Of a stretch of 32,000 bases of DNA, positions 8,428 through 18,050 are shown piece after piece (the first letter of the stretch is position 1; each line of letters starts with the position of its first letter). This stretch comes from Pyrobaculum calidifontis JCM 11548 (lineage in GTDB: Archaea > Thermoproteota > Thermoprotei > Thermoproteales > Thermoproteaceae), in assembly GCF_000015805.1 (NCBI RefSeq), contig NC_009073.1:840001-872000 (forward strand), read 5' to 3'. Both the position numbers and the translations under genes were made by a program. A model generated the notes under the pieces. It had not been told where the DNA came from. It made no database searches and was given only the letters and a program-made list of their open reading frames with translations.

Positions 8428-9417
8428 CTACGGGAACTCTTTCCCAAGAGCCCGGGCCAGCTCCCTCGCCTTAGCCATAAGCTCCCTAAACTGGTCAAAG
8501 GTGAGTTGTTGTTTGGCGTCGCTCCACGCCTTGTCTGGGTCTGGGTGCACCTCGACGATTAGGCCGTCTGCCCCCGCCGCCAGTATGGCCAAGGCGAGCG
8601 GAATGACGTAGCGCCGGTCGCCGGCGGGGTGGCTCGGGTCGCCTATCACAGGCAAGTGAGTGTGTTGTTTTACGTAGGCGATGGCCCCCACGTCCAGGGT
8701 AAAACGCAGAGTGCGGTCAAACGTCCTAATCCCCCTCTCCACGAACACCACGCCCCCATTCCCGTGGAGAGCCACGTACTCCCCCGCCAGTAGCCACTCC
8801 TCCACAGTGTTGCCAAACCCCCTCTTGAGCAGTATGGGCTTCCCCGCCCTCCCCAGCTTCTTTAACAACGTAAAATTCTGCATATTCCTGGCCCCCACTT
8901 GTATCGCGTCGGCGTACTTGGCCACCAGCGGGAGGTCCTCTGGGTCCATCAGCTCGGTGGTCACCGGGAGCCCAGTGGCCTCCCTAGCCTTAGCCAAGAG
9001 CTTAAGCCCCGCCTCCCCCAGGCCTTGGAAGGCGTAGGGGCTCGTCCGCGGCTTGAAGGCCCCTCCCCTCAGCGCATGTGCCCCAGCCTCTTTGACGGCC
9101 AGCGCCGTAGAGATAATCTGCTCCTCTCCCTCGACTGAGCAAGGCCCCGCAATAATGAAGACCTTGCCCTCCCGCACTTCTCTATCCCCTATAAACACGG
9201 GCGTTGGATCCCTCTTCCACTCCCGCGACACTAGCTGGTAGTCGGTCTTAAGCTCCACGACGGCCTTGACGGGGGTCTTGACCTCGGTCCTCGCCCCCGG
9301 CGGCGTGGCAACTATGTAGTGCCCCCAGAGCTCTATATACCAAGCCGGTACCCCCCTCGACTCCAGCTCCTCCCTCAAGGCCTTCCCCCTCTCAGGCCCA
9401 TCGACTATATAAAGCAT
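8428..9417 (-). CDS. 3-deoxy-7-phosphoheptulonate (DAHP) synthase, type I-beta, with an N-terminal ~75-aa extra domain
   Basis: Core FIIAGPCSVEGEEQ...GAFKPRTSPYAFQGLG...QVGARNMQN. The N-terminal region ...VKAVVELKTDYQLVSREW... precedes the barrel. Confidence 0.85.
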   Translation of the reverse strand: MLYIVDGPERGKALREELESRGVPAWYIELWGHYIVATPPGARTEVKTPVKAVVELKTDYQLVSREWKRDPTPVFIGDREVREGKVFIIAGPCSVEGEEQIISTALAVKEAGAHALRGGAFKPRTSPYAFQGLGEAGLKLLAKAREATGLPVTTELMDPEDLPLVAKYADAIQVGARNMQNFTLLKKLGRAGKPILLKRGFGNTVEEWLLAGEYVALHGNGGVVFVERGIRTFDRTLRFTLDVGAIAYVKQHTHLPVIGDPSHPAGDRRYVIPLALAILAAGADGLIVEVHPDPDKAWSDAKQQLTFDQFRELMAKARELARALGKEFP

Positions 9418-9436
9418 ATACGGCAGATAAACCTTC

Positions 9437-9445
9437 TATAAAATT
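9437..9445 (-). promoter_or_regulatory. TATA box (AATTTTATA) for DAHP synthase-tyrA
   Basis: Lies 20 nt upstream of ATG 9417. Confidence 0.55.
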
Positions 9446-9478
9446 GTTTGCTCCACGCCGCAGATGGAGACAAGGGCG

Positions 9479-10426
9479 TCACTTGAGCTTGGCCAACATG
9501 TCGATAAGCGCCTTGGCGACGGCGTCTTTTAAGGCTTGTGGCGATACGTCGCCGTTTTTGTAGTCGTTGGCAAGGGCTTGGGGGTCCTCGTACCTCCTGC
9601 CGCCCACCTCCAGCGGCCCGTGGTACGGGATCAGCAGATACGCTGCCAGCTCGTACACCGGGTTGAAGCGCACCTCCCTGGGAGGGCAGTAGGCGGCCCA
9701 GACCTTCTTCTCCACCTCCTCAGGCGGGTCTGTGACAAATATGGCGCTCTGCGGCTTAGACTTAGACATTTTGTACATGGCGTAGACCTCGTCGATCTCC
9801 CGGTGGGATCCCTCCATCCGCCCCACGCCCGAGAGCGAAGTTATTATGGGGGTGTGGAGGGCGACGGGCTTTTTAAAGCCAAGCTTCTCAGCCACGTCTC
9901 TGGCCAACATGTGCGCCCTACGTTGGTCCACCCCGCCCACGGCCACGTCGACGCCTAGGTAGAAGATGTCCGCCACCTGGAGCACGGGGTAGAGGAGCTT
10001 TGCGAAGTCCAACTCCACCTCCTCCGCCCGCCTCCCCATCACAGGCGTGGCCCTCCTCACGCGCGCAAGCGAGGCCCCCTTGGCCACCCTCACCGCTAGC
10101 TCCCAGTAGGCTGGGTCCTTTGCCAACTCCTCGCCATAGACGTACTTGAACTGGGCCACCTTCCCCAGAAACTGCCTCACCTCGTCGCCGTGCCGCCTAA
10201 GCTCCTCCAAGCTCCCCTTGTCGTTTATCCACGCGTGCCAAGTGGCGACGAGCACCACCACGTCGAAGCCGGCCTCTTGCAACTCCCTGAGCTTATAGGC
10301 CCACACCAACCACCCAACGTGTATAGGCCACAGCGGCTCAAACCCCAGGTACGCCCTGCCGCCCCCCAGCCGCAGGAACTCCTCCTTGGTCACCACCTCT
10401 TCCACGTTTTTAAGTAAGTGCTCCAT
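9479..10426 (-). CDS. tyrS: Tyrosyl-tRNA synthetase (archaeal type) with a non-canonical HIGH motif
   Basis: Internal start M22 (MEHLLKNVEEVV, ATG 10426), 21 nt from a TATA-like box. Contains KMSKS (YKMSKSKP), YLGFEP and LYPVLQVADIFYLGVDVAVGGVDQRRAHMLARD. From memory these closely parallel Methanocaldococcus TyrRS. The HIGH position reads HVGW (10310-10321). Confidence 0.8.
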   Translation of the reverse strand: MEHLLKNVEEVVTKEEFLRLGGGRAYLGFEPLWPIHVGWLVWAYKLRELQEAGFDVVVLVATWHAWINDKGSLEELRRHGDEVRQFLGKVAQFKYVYGEELAKDPAYWELAVRVAKGASLARVRRATPVMGRRAEEVELDFAKLLYPVLQVADIFYLGVDVAVGGVDQRRAHMLARDVAEKLGFKKPVALHTPIITSLSGVGRMEGSHREIDEVYAMYKMSKSKPQSAIFVTDPPEEVEKKVWAAYCPPREVRFNPVYELAAYLLIPYHGPLEVGGRRYEDPQALANDYKNGDVSPQALKDAVAKALIDMLAKLK

Positions 10427-10444
10427 GCAAAGAGAGACGCAACT

Positions 10445-10452
10445 CCTTAAAT
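10445..10452 (-). promoter_or_regulatory. TATA-like box (ATTTAAGG) for tyrS
   Basis: Lies about 21 nt upstream of ATG 10426. Confidence 0.45.
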
Positions 10453-10459
10453 GTGTTAA

Positions 10460-10468
10460 TTTTAAATA
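10460..10468 (+). promoter_or_regulatory. TATA box (TTTTAAATA) for the plus-strand transketolase-aroB-aroA operon
   Basis: Strong TATA in the 90-bp divergent spacer. The ATG 20 nt downstream (10488) opens a 20-codon uORF, not the transketolase frame. Confidence 0.5.
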
Positions 10469-10516
10469 GGTGGGCATTTCCTGGCCCATGGAATCGGAGG
10501 GGTACGCGCTGTCGGG

Positions 10517-11320
10517 GTGGAAAGAGGGGTTTCAGAATTGGCGCCGCTGACGTGCAAGGCGCGTAGGTACATATTGCTCATGGCGGCCTACGACCCCGGC
10601 ATGCACCTCGGCTCCTCGCTCTCCGTGCTAGAGATATTGGCGGCGCTGTACGGCACAGGCCGCGTCAAATTCAACGTGGCAAACGGCGTCAAGAATAGGA
10701 ACTACCTCGTTCTCTCAAAGGGACACGCCGTACACGCCATCTACGCCATTGCTGCAGCAATGGGGCACTTGACCATCGACGAGCTGAGAGAGACCGGCAG
10801 CCTTGGAAGCCGCCTCCAAAACCACCCAGAGGTCGACACCCCCTACGTGGACGTGCCTAACTCAGGCTCTCTCGGCCAAGGCATAAGCCTCGCCGTGGGC
10901 CTGGCGCTGGGCCTCCGCCTAAGGGGGGAGGAGGGCAGAGTGTACCTAGTGACGGGGGACGGCGAGCTCGACGAGGGGCAGAGCTGGGAGTCCTTCGCCG
11001 TGGCGGCCCACTACGGGTTAAACAACCTTGTCACAATAGTAGATTTAAACGACGTACAGTTGGACGGCCACAGCCACGAGGTGTTGAAGAAGGGAGACTT
11101 GGCTGGGCGGTTCAAGTCGCTGGGCTTTGAGGTACTGCAGGTGGACGGCCACGACGTGAGAGAAGTTGTTGAGGCTTTTGAGAAGGCGGAGAAGAGCGAC
11201 AGGCCTGTGGTCATCTTGGCGAAGACCGTAAGAGGGAGAGGCGTGCCGTCTATTGAGGACACCGCAAAGCAGAGGCTCCCCCGCGACGAGGCGCTGAGCT
11301 ACGCAAATGGGCCATGTTAG
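10517..11320 (+). CDS. Transketolase, N-terminal (TPP-binding) subunit
   Basis: GMHLGSSLS and the GDGELDEGQSWE TPP motif, 267 aa. The start is uncertain: GTG 10517 or in-frame TTG 10538, which has AGAGGGG 8 nt upstream. Confidence 0.85.
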   Translation: MERGVSELAPLTCKARRYILLMAAYDPGMHLGSSLSVLEILAALYGTGRVKFNVANGVKNRNYLVLSKGHAVHAIYAIAAAMGHLTIDELRETGSLGSRLQNHPEVDTPYVDVPNSGSLGQGISLAVGLALGLRLRGEEGRVYLVTGDGELDEGQSWESFAVAAHYGLNNLVTIVDLNDVQLDGHSHEVLKKGDLAGRFKSLGFEVLQVDGHDVREVVEAFEKAEKSDRPVVILAKTVRGRGVPSIEDTAKQRLPRDEALSYANGPC

Positions 11321-12258
11321 ACATACAGAGCTTAACCCCACGCGAGGCCTTGGGCAGGGCGCTTGCGGACCTCGGAGACTTGAGAGAGGACGTAGTGGTC
11401 ATCGTGGCGGACACGGGCGAGACTACTAGGGCCAAGTTCTTCGCCGAGAGACACCCCGGGCGCTTCTTCAACGTGGGGATAGCCGAGCAGGCCATGGTGG
11501 GCATAGCGGCTGGGCTCGCCCTCGCCGGCTTTATGCCCTACGCCCTCACCTTCGCCTCGTTTTTAACAAGGGCGTGGGAGCAAGCGCGTAACTCAGTGGA
11601 CAGGATGGCCCTCCCAGTGAGGCTCGTGGGGACTCACGCAGGCTTCGCCGACGCCTACGACGGACCTTCGCACCAGGCGTTGGAGGACATAGCGCTGTTC
11701 AGAGTTTTGCCCAACTTCACAGTACTGGCCCCGGCCGACTCGTGCGAGGTGTATAGGGCGGTGCTGGCGTCGGCGGCTGTTAAGGGGCCGGTCTACATAA
11801 GAGTTGGGCGTGACTTCCACATCCCCACGACTTGTGAGCTATACGGAAGATTTGAAGTGGGCAAGGCGTATGTGGCCGTTGAGGGGGGCGACGTGGCCAT
11901 TTTCACCACAGGCGTAGTGTTGCCCTTCGCCGTGGAGGCGGCGCAGATACTGCGCGACAGGGGGATCTCCGCCGCAGTGGTACACTTCCCCACAGTGAAG
12001 CCGCTCGACTACGCCACAGTGGAGAAGTACGCCCAGGCCACCGGCGCCGTTTTAACCGTGGAGGAGCACATGGTGCACGGCGGCTTCGGCTCGGCTGTGG
12101 CAGAGTACCTCGTTCAGACGAGGCCCGTGAAAATGGCGATAATGGGCCTCAAGTCGTACGGCAGAACTGCCAAAAGCCCAATGGAGCTCTACACGTACTT
12201 CGGCCTCACGCCTGAGAACATAGCCGCCAGGGCAGAGGAGCTGGTGAAACTGCGATGA
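11314..12258 (+). CDS. Transketolase, C-terminal (pyrimidine-binding) subunit
   Basis: [22 protein letters not shown] motif, 314 aa. Overlaps the N-subunit stop by 7 nt. Confidence 0.9.
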
Positions 12259-13280
12259 GGCGCTTCTACTACCGGCACTCCCGCGGCGTGACCGAGGTGG
12301 CGGTGGGCAAGAGGCTAGACTACGCTACGTATGCCCCCTCGCCACTTGTGCTAATCGAGGAAGGCCTCCCAAGCCCCCTGGAGGGCCCCTCCCTGAGACT
12401 GAGGGGCGGGGAGGAGGTCAAGTCATTCGACTCCCTCCTCAGAGTCTACCAATTCCTCGCAGAGCAGGGAGCCGACAGATCTTCTACGCTGGTGGCTGTG
12501 GGGGGAGGCGCCTTGCTCGACTTGGCCACCTTCGCCGCGGGGACCTACATGAGGGGCATCGGCCTCGTCCTAGTGCCCACCACGCTGCTGGCCATGGTCG
12601 ACGCGGCGCTGGGGGGTAAGGGGGCCGTGGACGTGGGCCCCGTCAAAAACCTAGTGGGCGTCTTCTACCAGCCCAGGGCCATCCTCTGCGACTTGGAGTG
12701 GCTACAGTCGCTCCCAGACCGCGTCTACCGCTCCGCCTTGGCCGAGGTGGTGAAGTACGGAGTGGCGCTAGACGCCGACTTCTACCAGTGGCTGGCGGAA
12801 AACGTGGACGAGGTCCTCAGGCGGGGGGAGAGGGCCGTGGAGGAGGTGGTGTACCGCTCGCTCAAGATAAAGGCCAGCATCGTGGAGGTGGACGAGTTTG
12901 AGGAGAGGGGGATTAGGCAGGTGTTAAACGTGGGACACACCGTGGGACACGCCGTTGAGCGAGTCTTCGGCTTGCTACACGGCGAGGCCGTATCCGTGGG
13001 CATCGTGGCCGAGCTTAAGATGGCCGAGGAGCTGGGGTACCTGACTCGCGGCACCTCCGAGGAAGTGGCCACCTTGCTAACGCGCATCGGCCTCCCCACC
13101 TGCATAAGGGCCAGCGCAGAGGAGCTGGAGAAGGCCAAGTCTCTGGTCAAATTCGACAAGAAGAGGCGCGGCGAGTACGTGCTAATGCCCGTGGTGGTTA
13201 GACTGGGCAAGTGGGTTCTGGAGAAAGTCCACGTGGGAGAGGTGGAGCGCGCCGTGGACTTTGTAAAATGCTCTGCGTAG
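12255..13280 (+). CDS. aroB: 3-dehydroquinate synthase
   Basis: [33 protein letters not shown] and [12 protein letters not shown] motifs. ATGA overlap with the transketolase stop. Confidence 0.85.
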
Positions 13281-14479
13281 AGCCCGGCGTCTTTTCCGGG
13301 ACCTTCAAGGCGCCGCCCTCTAAGCCCATCTCCCAGCGGCTCCTCCTTGCGGGGGCCCTCGCCGAGGGGGAGACCGTTGTCAAAGGCGTGGAGCTAAGCG
13401 ACGACGTCGTGGCCATGTTACGCGCAATACAGCCCCTCGCCCGCATTAGCATCTACGGCGGCGACGTACATGTTGAGAGGCGGGAGCCCGACGTCTACAG
13501 GGCGTTTAACGTGATGGAGAGCGGCTTCACCTTGCGCACAGCCGTGGCGGTGTACGCGGGGGTCCCAGGCCTCACCGCGGTGTACTACGGAGGGACGCTC
13601 AGAGGGAGGCCCATAGACGAACTTATACAAGCGCTCAGATCGCTCACAGACGTGGCGAAGGCGCCCGGCGCCGTCTTCATCAGAGGGAAGAGGCTGAGCC
13701 GCTTTGAGGTAGAGATGCGGGCCGACATTTCTTCCCAGTTTATCTCCGGGCTCATGTTCCTGGCGGCGGCTGGGGAGGGCGGCGTCGTAAGGCCGGTGGG
13801 CGGCAGAAAGTCGTGGAGCTTCGTCGAGGCCACCGCCTCTGTGCTCAAGCAGTTTGGGGCCAGGGTGGAGGTCGGCGATGTGATAGAGGTGGAGGGCGGG
13901 CTGAGGGGCCCCGGGGAAGTCGCCGTGCCTGGGGACTACAGCCTAGCCGCCTTCCTAATCGCCGCGGGCCTAATAACCGGAGGCAGAGTGGAAGTGGAGG
14001 GCCAGGCCAGCGACGTGGATAAGCAGGTGCTAGACATCTTCGCCGCCATGGGCGCCCATGTGGCGTACGACGGCAGAAGAGCCACGGCTTGGGGCACCCC
14101 CAGCCGCGGAGTAGACGTGGACCTGGGCTCAAACCCAGACTTAGTCATGCCGGTGGCCCTCGTAGCCGCCTTTGTAGAAGACTGGACAGTGATTAGAGGC
14201 GTAGAGCACTTGCGCTATAAGGAGAGCGACCGCGTGGCGTCTGTACTCGACGTACTGCAGAGGCTTGGCGTAGAGGCTACGTACAAAGACGGCGCATTGC
14301 ACATACGGGGCCCGCCCAGGAGGAGAAATGTACAATTCCTCTCCCACGGCGACCACCGCATAGGGCTAATGGCCCTCGCCGCCAGTAAAGCAGTCGGCGG
14401 GTGTCTAGACGACGTGTCGCCGATATCCAAGTCGTGGCCAACGGCACCTCTCTACTTTATAGTCCTTCCAGAAAAATAG
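13268..14479 (+). CDS. aroA: 5-enolpyruvylshikimate-3-phosphate (EPSP) synthase
   Basis: Internal ATG 13268 ([38 protein letters not shown]) is the typical EPSPS N-terminus. The longer track ORF adds an R/G-rich extension overlapping aroB. Confidence 0.85.
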
Positions 14480-14566
14480 GCCAAAACGCGCCAACCGCCT
14501 TGGGACAACCCCCACCTCTGCCCCCTATACGGCTCTCATAGTCTCTGCTACCCTCTCTAAAGATAG

Positions 14567-15453
14567 CCCTCCTTAGACGGGGCTGGCAAGACAGCCCTCT
14601 TGAAGCAAACAATAGCACTGTTTAAGGTTACTCCGTCGTCTACGTCAATCCCCTTGGCGAGGTGGCTGAGCGGCTTGTCGCCACTGAGGATTTGAGGGAT
14701 GTGGTGAAGAGGGCGTGGAAGGAGGTGCTCGGCGGCGTGGTTAACCCGGCGGCGCCGGCGCTTGTAGACCTCGCGCTTGCGGTGGCGTCTAGGGCGCTGA
14801 AGAGGGGCAAGAAGAGAGTCGCCATACTCGCCGACGACGTCTTTCAAGCTGTGGGAGTTGATAGGGCCAAGCTCCTTGTCAAGACTATGCTTAACCTCAT
14901 TGAATACCCGTCGGCCGACTACGATAAAATAGTCGTACTTGTAGCATCAAGCGAGGGGGTCACAAGAGAAAGAGTCGGGAAGCATAGGTGGGCCGAGTTG
15001 CGAGTCATGTGGAATATGCCGCGGAGCGGCTTTGAGCAACTCTACCACCTCCTCCCAAGCCCAAAGCCCCCATTCGACGATGTGTGGAGGTGGACTGGGG
15101 GCAATCCCGACGCCTTAGAGAGGCTTTTTGGGACCAGCTGGGACGTGGAGAAAGTGGCGGAAGACTTGGCGGTTGATAAGGGGCTGAGCGTGGCCTTTGC
15201 CGAGAGGTGGAGGGCGCATTTGGCCAAGGCGCTGGAGGACCCAGACTATCTCTGGGAAGAGCCCGAGGCAGAAGGGCTGGCAAAGGAGCTCGTAGAGAGA
15301 AATCTCGTCGTATTGTTAAAGGGGAGGAGGCCAGACGCTTGCATAGACCAGCCACCACCCGAAAAAGACCCAGAGCTCGGCATTGGGAAATATTATGCGT
15401 GGCAGACCCCTCTGCATAGAGAGGCTGTGAGGAGGGCGCTGGAGCTGACCTAA
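14567..15453 (+). pseudogene. Decayed Arch_ATPase (PF01637-like) paralog of the genes at 18051-20125
   Basis: Track ORF 14662..15453 aligns to residues ~75-340 of the intact paralogs (DDVFQAVGV, VVLVASSEGVTRERVG, TGGNP, QPPPEKDPELGIGKYYAWQTPLHREAV). The Walker A remnant DGAGKTALLKQ (14576-14608) is in a different frame. It is preceded by an in-frame TAG (14564-14566) and followed by a frameshift near 14620-14626. The N-terminal ~45 codons are unrecognisable. Confidence 0.65.
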
Positions 15454-15520
15454 GGCATAAGCCAGGGCCAGAGGCGCTTATGCTAAAGCTACGCCAGTGA
15501 CATCGTAGCCGTGTGAACTT

Positions 15521-15926
15521 CTAGGGATCCCTCACTCTCTCTAGTATCTTTTTCGCCAGCTCTACTGTCTCGCGGTAGCGTTTGTTTTTTAGTATGTCCT
15601 CTATGATGCTTATGTCTATTGAGGCATAGCCGTGCACCAAGATATTCCTAAAACCGACGATCGCCCTATACCTCTTGTAATCTTTTCTCATCGAATATCC
15701 CCCTGCGTAATAGTATCTCCCCAGCCTCGGCATAGCTGTGGGGGCTTTCTCCCAGCTGTGCGGCGGCTCTTTGAACCATGTCTATGAGCGTCTGCGCTTG
15801 AATCTGTAGGGCATGGGCAAACTTCATCAAGTCGCCGAGCTACGAGAGGTCAAACCCCTTTGCCGCCTCGTTTTCTATCTCGGCCGTAATCTTGACCAAG
15901 TACTCGAAGAGCGCCCTCAGTCTCAT
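15521..15926 (-). pseudogene. HEPN/DUF86-family toxin gene, disrupted
   Basis: C-terminal part in track ORF 15521..15733 has the RNxxxHxY motif (GFRNILVHGY). The N-terminal part starts at ATG 15926 (MRLRALFEYLVKITAEIENE...). It contains an in-frame TAG (15840-15842) and needs a frame change at an A4/T4 run (15683-15686) to join ...GEILLRRGIFDEK to DYKRYRAIVGFRN. Confidence 0.7.
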
Positions 15927-16264
15927 CCTATGGTCTCCAACAACGCCTCGTGTGGCCTCAGCTTTTTATAGTCTATGTCCTCGACGTAGAGGGGTATGGC
16001 CTTTGGCAATGCGTCTAAGACGAAGGGACAGGGAGTGCGCGGGGTTAAGCGGTATTAGGTCAATTTGATCCTCTGTAACGCCGAGGTGTTTGACAAGGCC
16101 TCTAGGAGCTCTCCATACGTCTCTAAGTCGACGGGGGATATGATTATGTCTACGTCGCGCCCGCGCCTGCCCTCTGCCCAAGACCCCGTGAGATATGCAA
16201 ATTTGACGTAGCGGCGCCAAGGAAAGGCCTTCAGCTTGTCAATCACACAAACGATTTTGCCCAT
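15923..16264 (-). pseudogene. Minimal nucleotidyltransferase (MNT) antitoxin gene, disrupted
   Basis: N-terminus has LTGSWAEGRRGRDVDIIIS (GSxxxGx5-7DxD). The C-terminus IPLYVEDIDYKKLRPHEALLETIG ends in an ATGA overlap with the HEPN start. The middle segment (LVKHLGVTEDQIDLIPLNPAHSLSLRLRRIAKG) is readable only in a second frame. The main frame hits TAA at 16055-16057. Confidence 0.65.
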
Positions 16265-16309
16265 GTATAAAAGCTAGAAAGAGGCCGCCCGGCGGCTTGC
16301 AAGAAAGGC

Positions 16310-16318
16310 TAATATATT
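16310..16318 (+). promoter_or_regulatory. TATA-like box (TAATATATT) for ilvD
   Basis: Lies 17 nt upstream of ATG 16335. Confidence 0.4.
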
Positions 16319-16334
16319 CCCCTCTTCTTTGACC

Positions 16335-18029
16335 ATGGTCCGGGTTAGGATACGCTCTCCGTCGTGGTACGACGGCGTAGACAACGCGCCGCATAGGGTG
16401 TACCTAAGGGCCGTGGGGTTTACAGAGGAGGACTTCTCCAAGCCCCTGGTGGGGGTAGCTGTGTCTTGGTCAGAGTTGGGGCCGTGCAACTACCACACGC
16501 TGGAGCTTGCGCGGTACGTCAAAGAGGGGGTCAAGGAGGCGGGCGGCGCGGCGCTTGCGGCGCCCACCATTGTGGTAAACGACGGCATTAACATGGGGAC
16601 GCCGGGCATGCGGTACTCGCTGATCAGCCGGGAGCTGATCGCCGACTCGATAGAGGCGCAGTTCAACGCACATGGGGTAGACGCTTGGGTTGGGATTGGG
16701 GGCTGCGACAAGACTCAGCCCGGCATCATCATGGCCATGGTGAGGCTGAACTTGCCCTCGGTGTACTTATACGGCGGCTCCGCCGAGGCAGGGTGGCTGG
16801 GGGAGAGAGAGCTCACCGTGGAAGACGTGTTTGAGGCCGTGGGGGCCTACTACGCGGGGCGGATTACTCTTGAGGAGCTCAAGAGAGTGGAAGAGCTCAG
16901 CTTCCCCACATACGGCACGTGCCAGGGCATGTTCACGGCGAACACCATGGCCCTCTTGGCAGAGGCCATGGGAGTCTCCCTCCTGGGCTCGGCCACGCCC
17001 CCCGCCACGTCGGCTAGGCGCAGGAAGTTCGCAGTGGAGTCGGGCAAAGCCGCCGTGAGAGCCCTAGAGCTTGGAATTAAGCCGAGAGACGTCGTCACCT
17101 ACGACGCACTGTACAACGCGGCAGTCGCGCTATTCGCCACCGCGGGGTCCACCAACGCCATACTCCACCTCCTAGCCATCGCCCACGAGGCCGGTGTCAA
17201 GTTCGCCCTCGAAGACTTCGACAAAATTGGGAAAAGGGTGCCGGTGATAGCCGCGCTTAGGCCGGCGGGGCCCTACGCCATGCAGGACTTAGACAGAGTT
17301 GGCGGAGTCCCCAGGCTTTTGAAAAAGTTGTACAAGGCGGGCCTCCTGAGGGGCGAGGCCCTCACCGTAGAGGGGGAGCCCATCGGCAAACTGCTCGAGC
17401 GCTGGGAGCCGCCCGCCGTGCCAGAGGCCGGCGTGCTGTACGACGTAGATAGGCCGTACAAGCCCCACGGGGGCATTAGGATACTGTGGGGCAACTTGGC
17501 GCCCCGCGGCGCAGTGATGAAGATAGGCGCCGCCGAGGTTCTAAAGTTCGAGGGGAAGGCCCTCGTCTTCGACGGAGAGGCCGAGGCCTTCAAGGCAGTG
17601 GCGGCTGGAGAGGTGAAGCCGGGTCACGTGGTAGTCATACGCTATGAGGGGCCCAAGGGCGCGCCCGGGATGCCCGAGATGTTGAAAGTCACCGCCGCCA
17701 TTGTAGGCGCCGGGCTGGGCGAGTCCGTGGCGCTTGTGACAGACGGGAGGTTCTCGGGGGCCACCAGGGGAATCATGGTGGGCCACGTGGCGCCCGAGGC
17801 GGCCGCAGGCGGCCCAATTGCGCTTGTAGAAAACGGCGACCGGATAGTCATCGACGGCGAAGCCGGTCTGCTCAAGCTAGACGTATCAGACGAAGAGCTA
17901 GAACGCCGCAGAAGGCAGTGGACGCCCCCACCGCCTAAGTACAAAGGCGGCCTCTTGGCAAAATACGCCGCGTTGGTGTCACAAGCAGACCAAGGCGCCG
18001 TCACAACCCCAGAAACCTGCCAGTGTTAG
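16335..18029 (+). CDS. ilvD: Dihydroxy-acid dehydratase
   Basis: [30 protein letters not shown]-terminus, GGCDKTQPG and [11 protein letters not shown] motifs, about 564 aa. Confidence 0.9.
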   Translation: MVRVRIRSPSWYDGVDNAPHRVYLRAVGFTEEDFSKPLVGVAVSWSELGPCNYHTLELARYVKEGVKEAGGAALAAPTIVVNDGINMGTPGMRYSLISRELIADSIEAQFNAHGVDAWVGIGGCDKTQPGIIMAMVRLNLPSVYLYGGSAEAGWLGERELTVEDVFEAVGAYYAGRITLEELKRVEELSFPTYGTCQGMFTANTMALLAEAMGVSLLGSATPPATSARRRKFAVESGKAAVRALELGIKPRDVVTYDALYNAAVALFATAGSTNAILHLLAIAHEAGVKFALEDFDKIGKRVPVIAALRPAGPYAMQDLDRVGGVPRLLKKLYKAGLLRGEALTVEGEPIGKLLERWEPPAVPEAGVLYDVDRPYKPHGGIRILWGNLAPRGAVMKIGAAEVLKFEGKALVFDGEAEAFKAVAAGEVKPGHVVVIRYEGPKGAPGMPEMLKVTAAIVGAGLGESVALVTDGRFSGATRGIMVGHVAPEAAAGGPIALVENGDRIVIDGEAGLLKLDVSDEELERRRRQWTPPPPKYKGGLLAKYAALVSQADQGAVTTPETCQC

Positions 18030-18050
18030 CGGCTAACTGCCCCTCGCGCT

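Noticed and set aside
14549-14562. CCCTCTCTAAAGAT upstream of the decayed ATPase, considered as a diverged copy of the TAACCTCTTAAACT promoter element.
   Set aside because: It would sit immediately before the Walker A remnant rather than before a full N-terminus. The match is weak and may be chance.
15455-15509. Two hairpins in the convergent spacer, considered as terminators: GCATAAGC-n13-GCTTATGC at 15455-15483 and GCTACG-n10-CGTAGC at 15488-15509.
   Set aside because: The hairpins are real inverted repeats. However, archaeal termination is generally oligo-T driven, no T-run follows on either strand, and both flanking genes are pseudogenes. A functional call is not supported.
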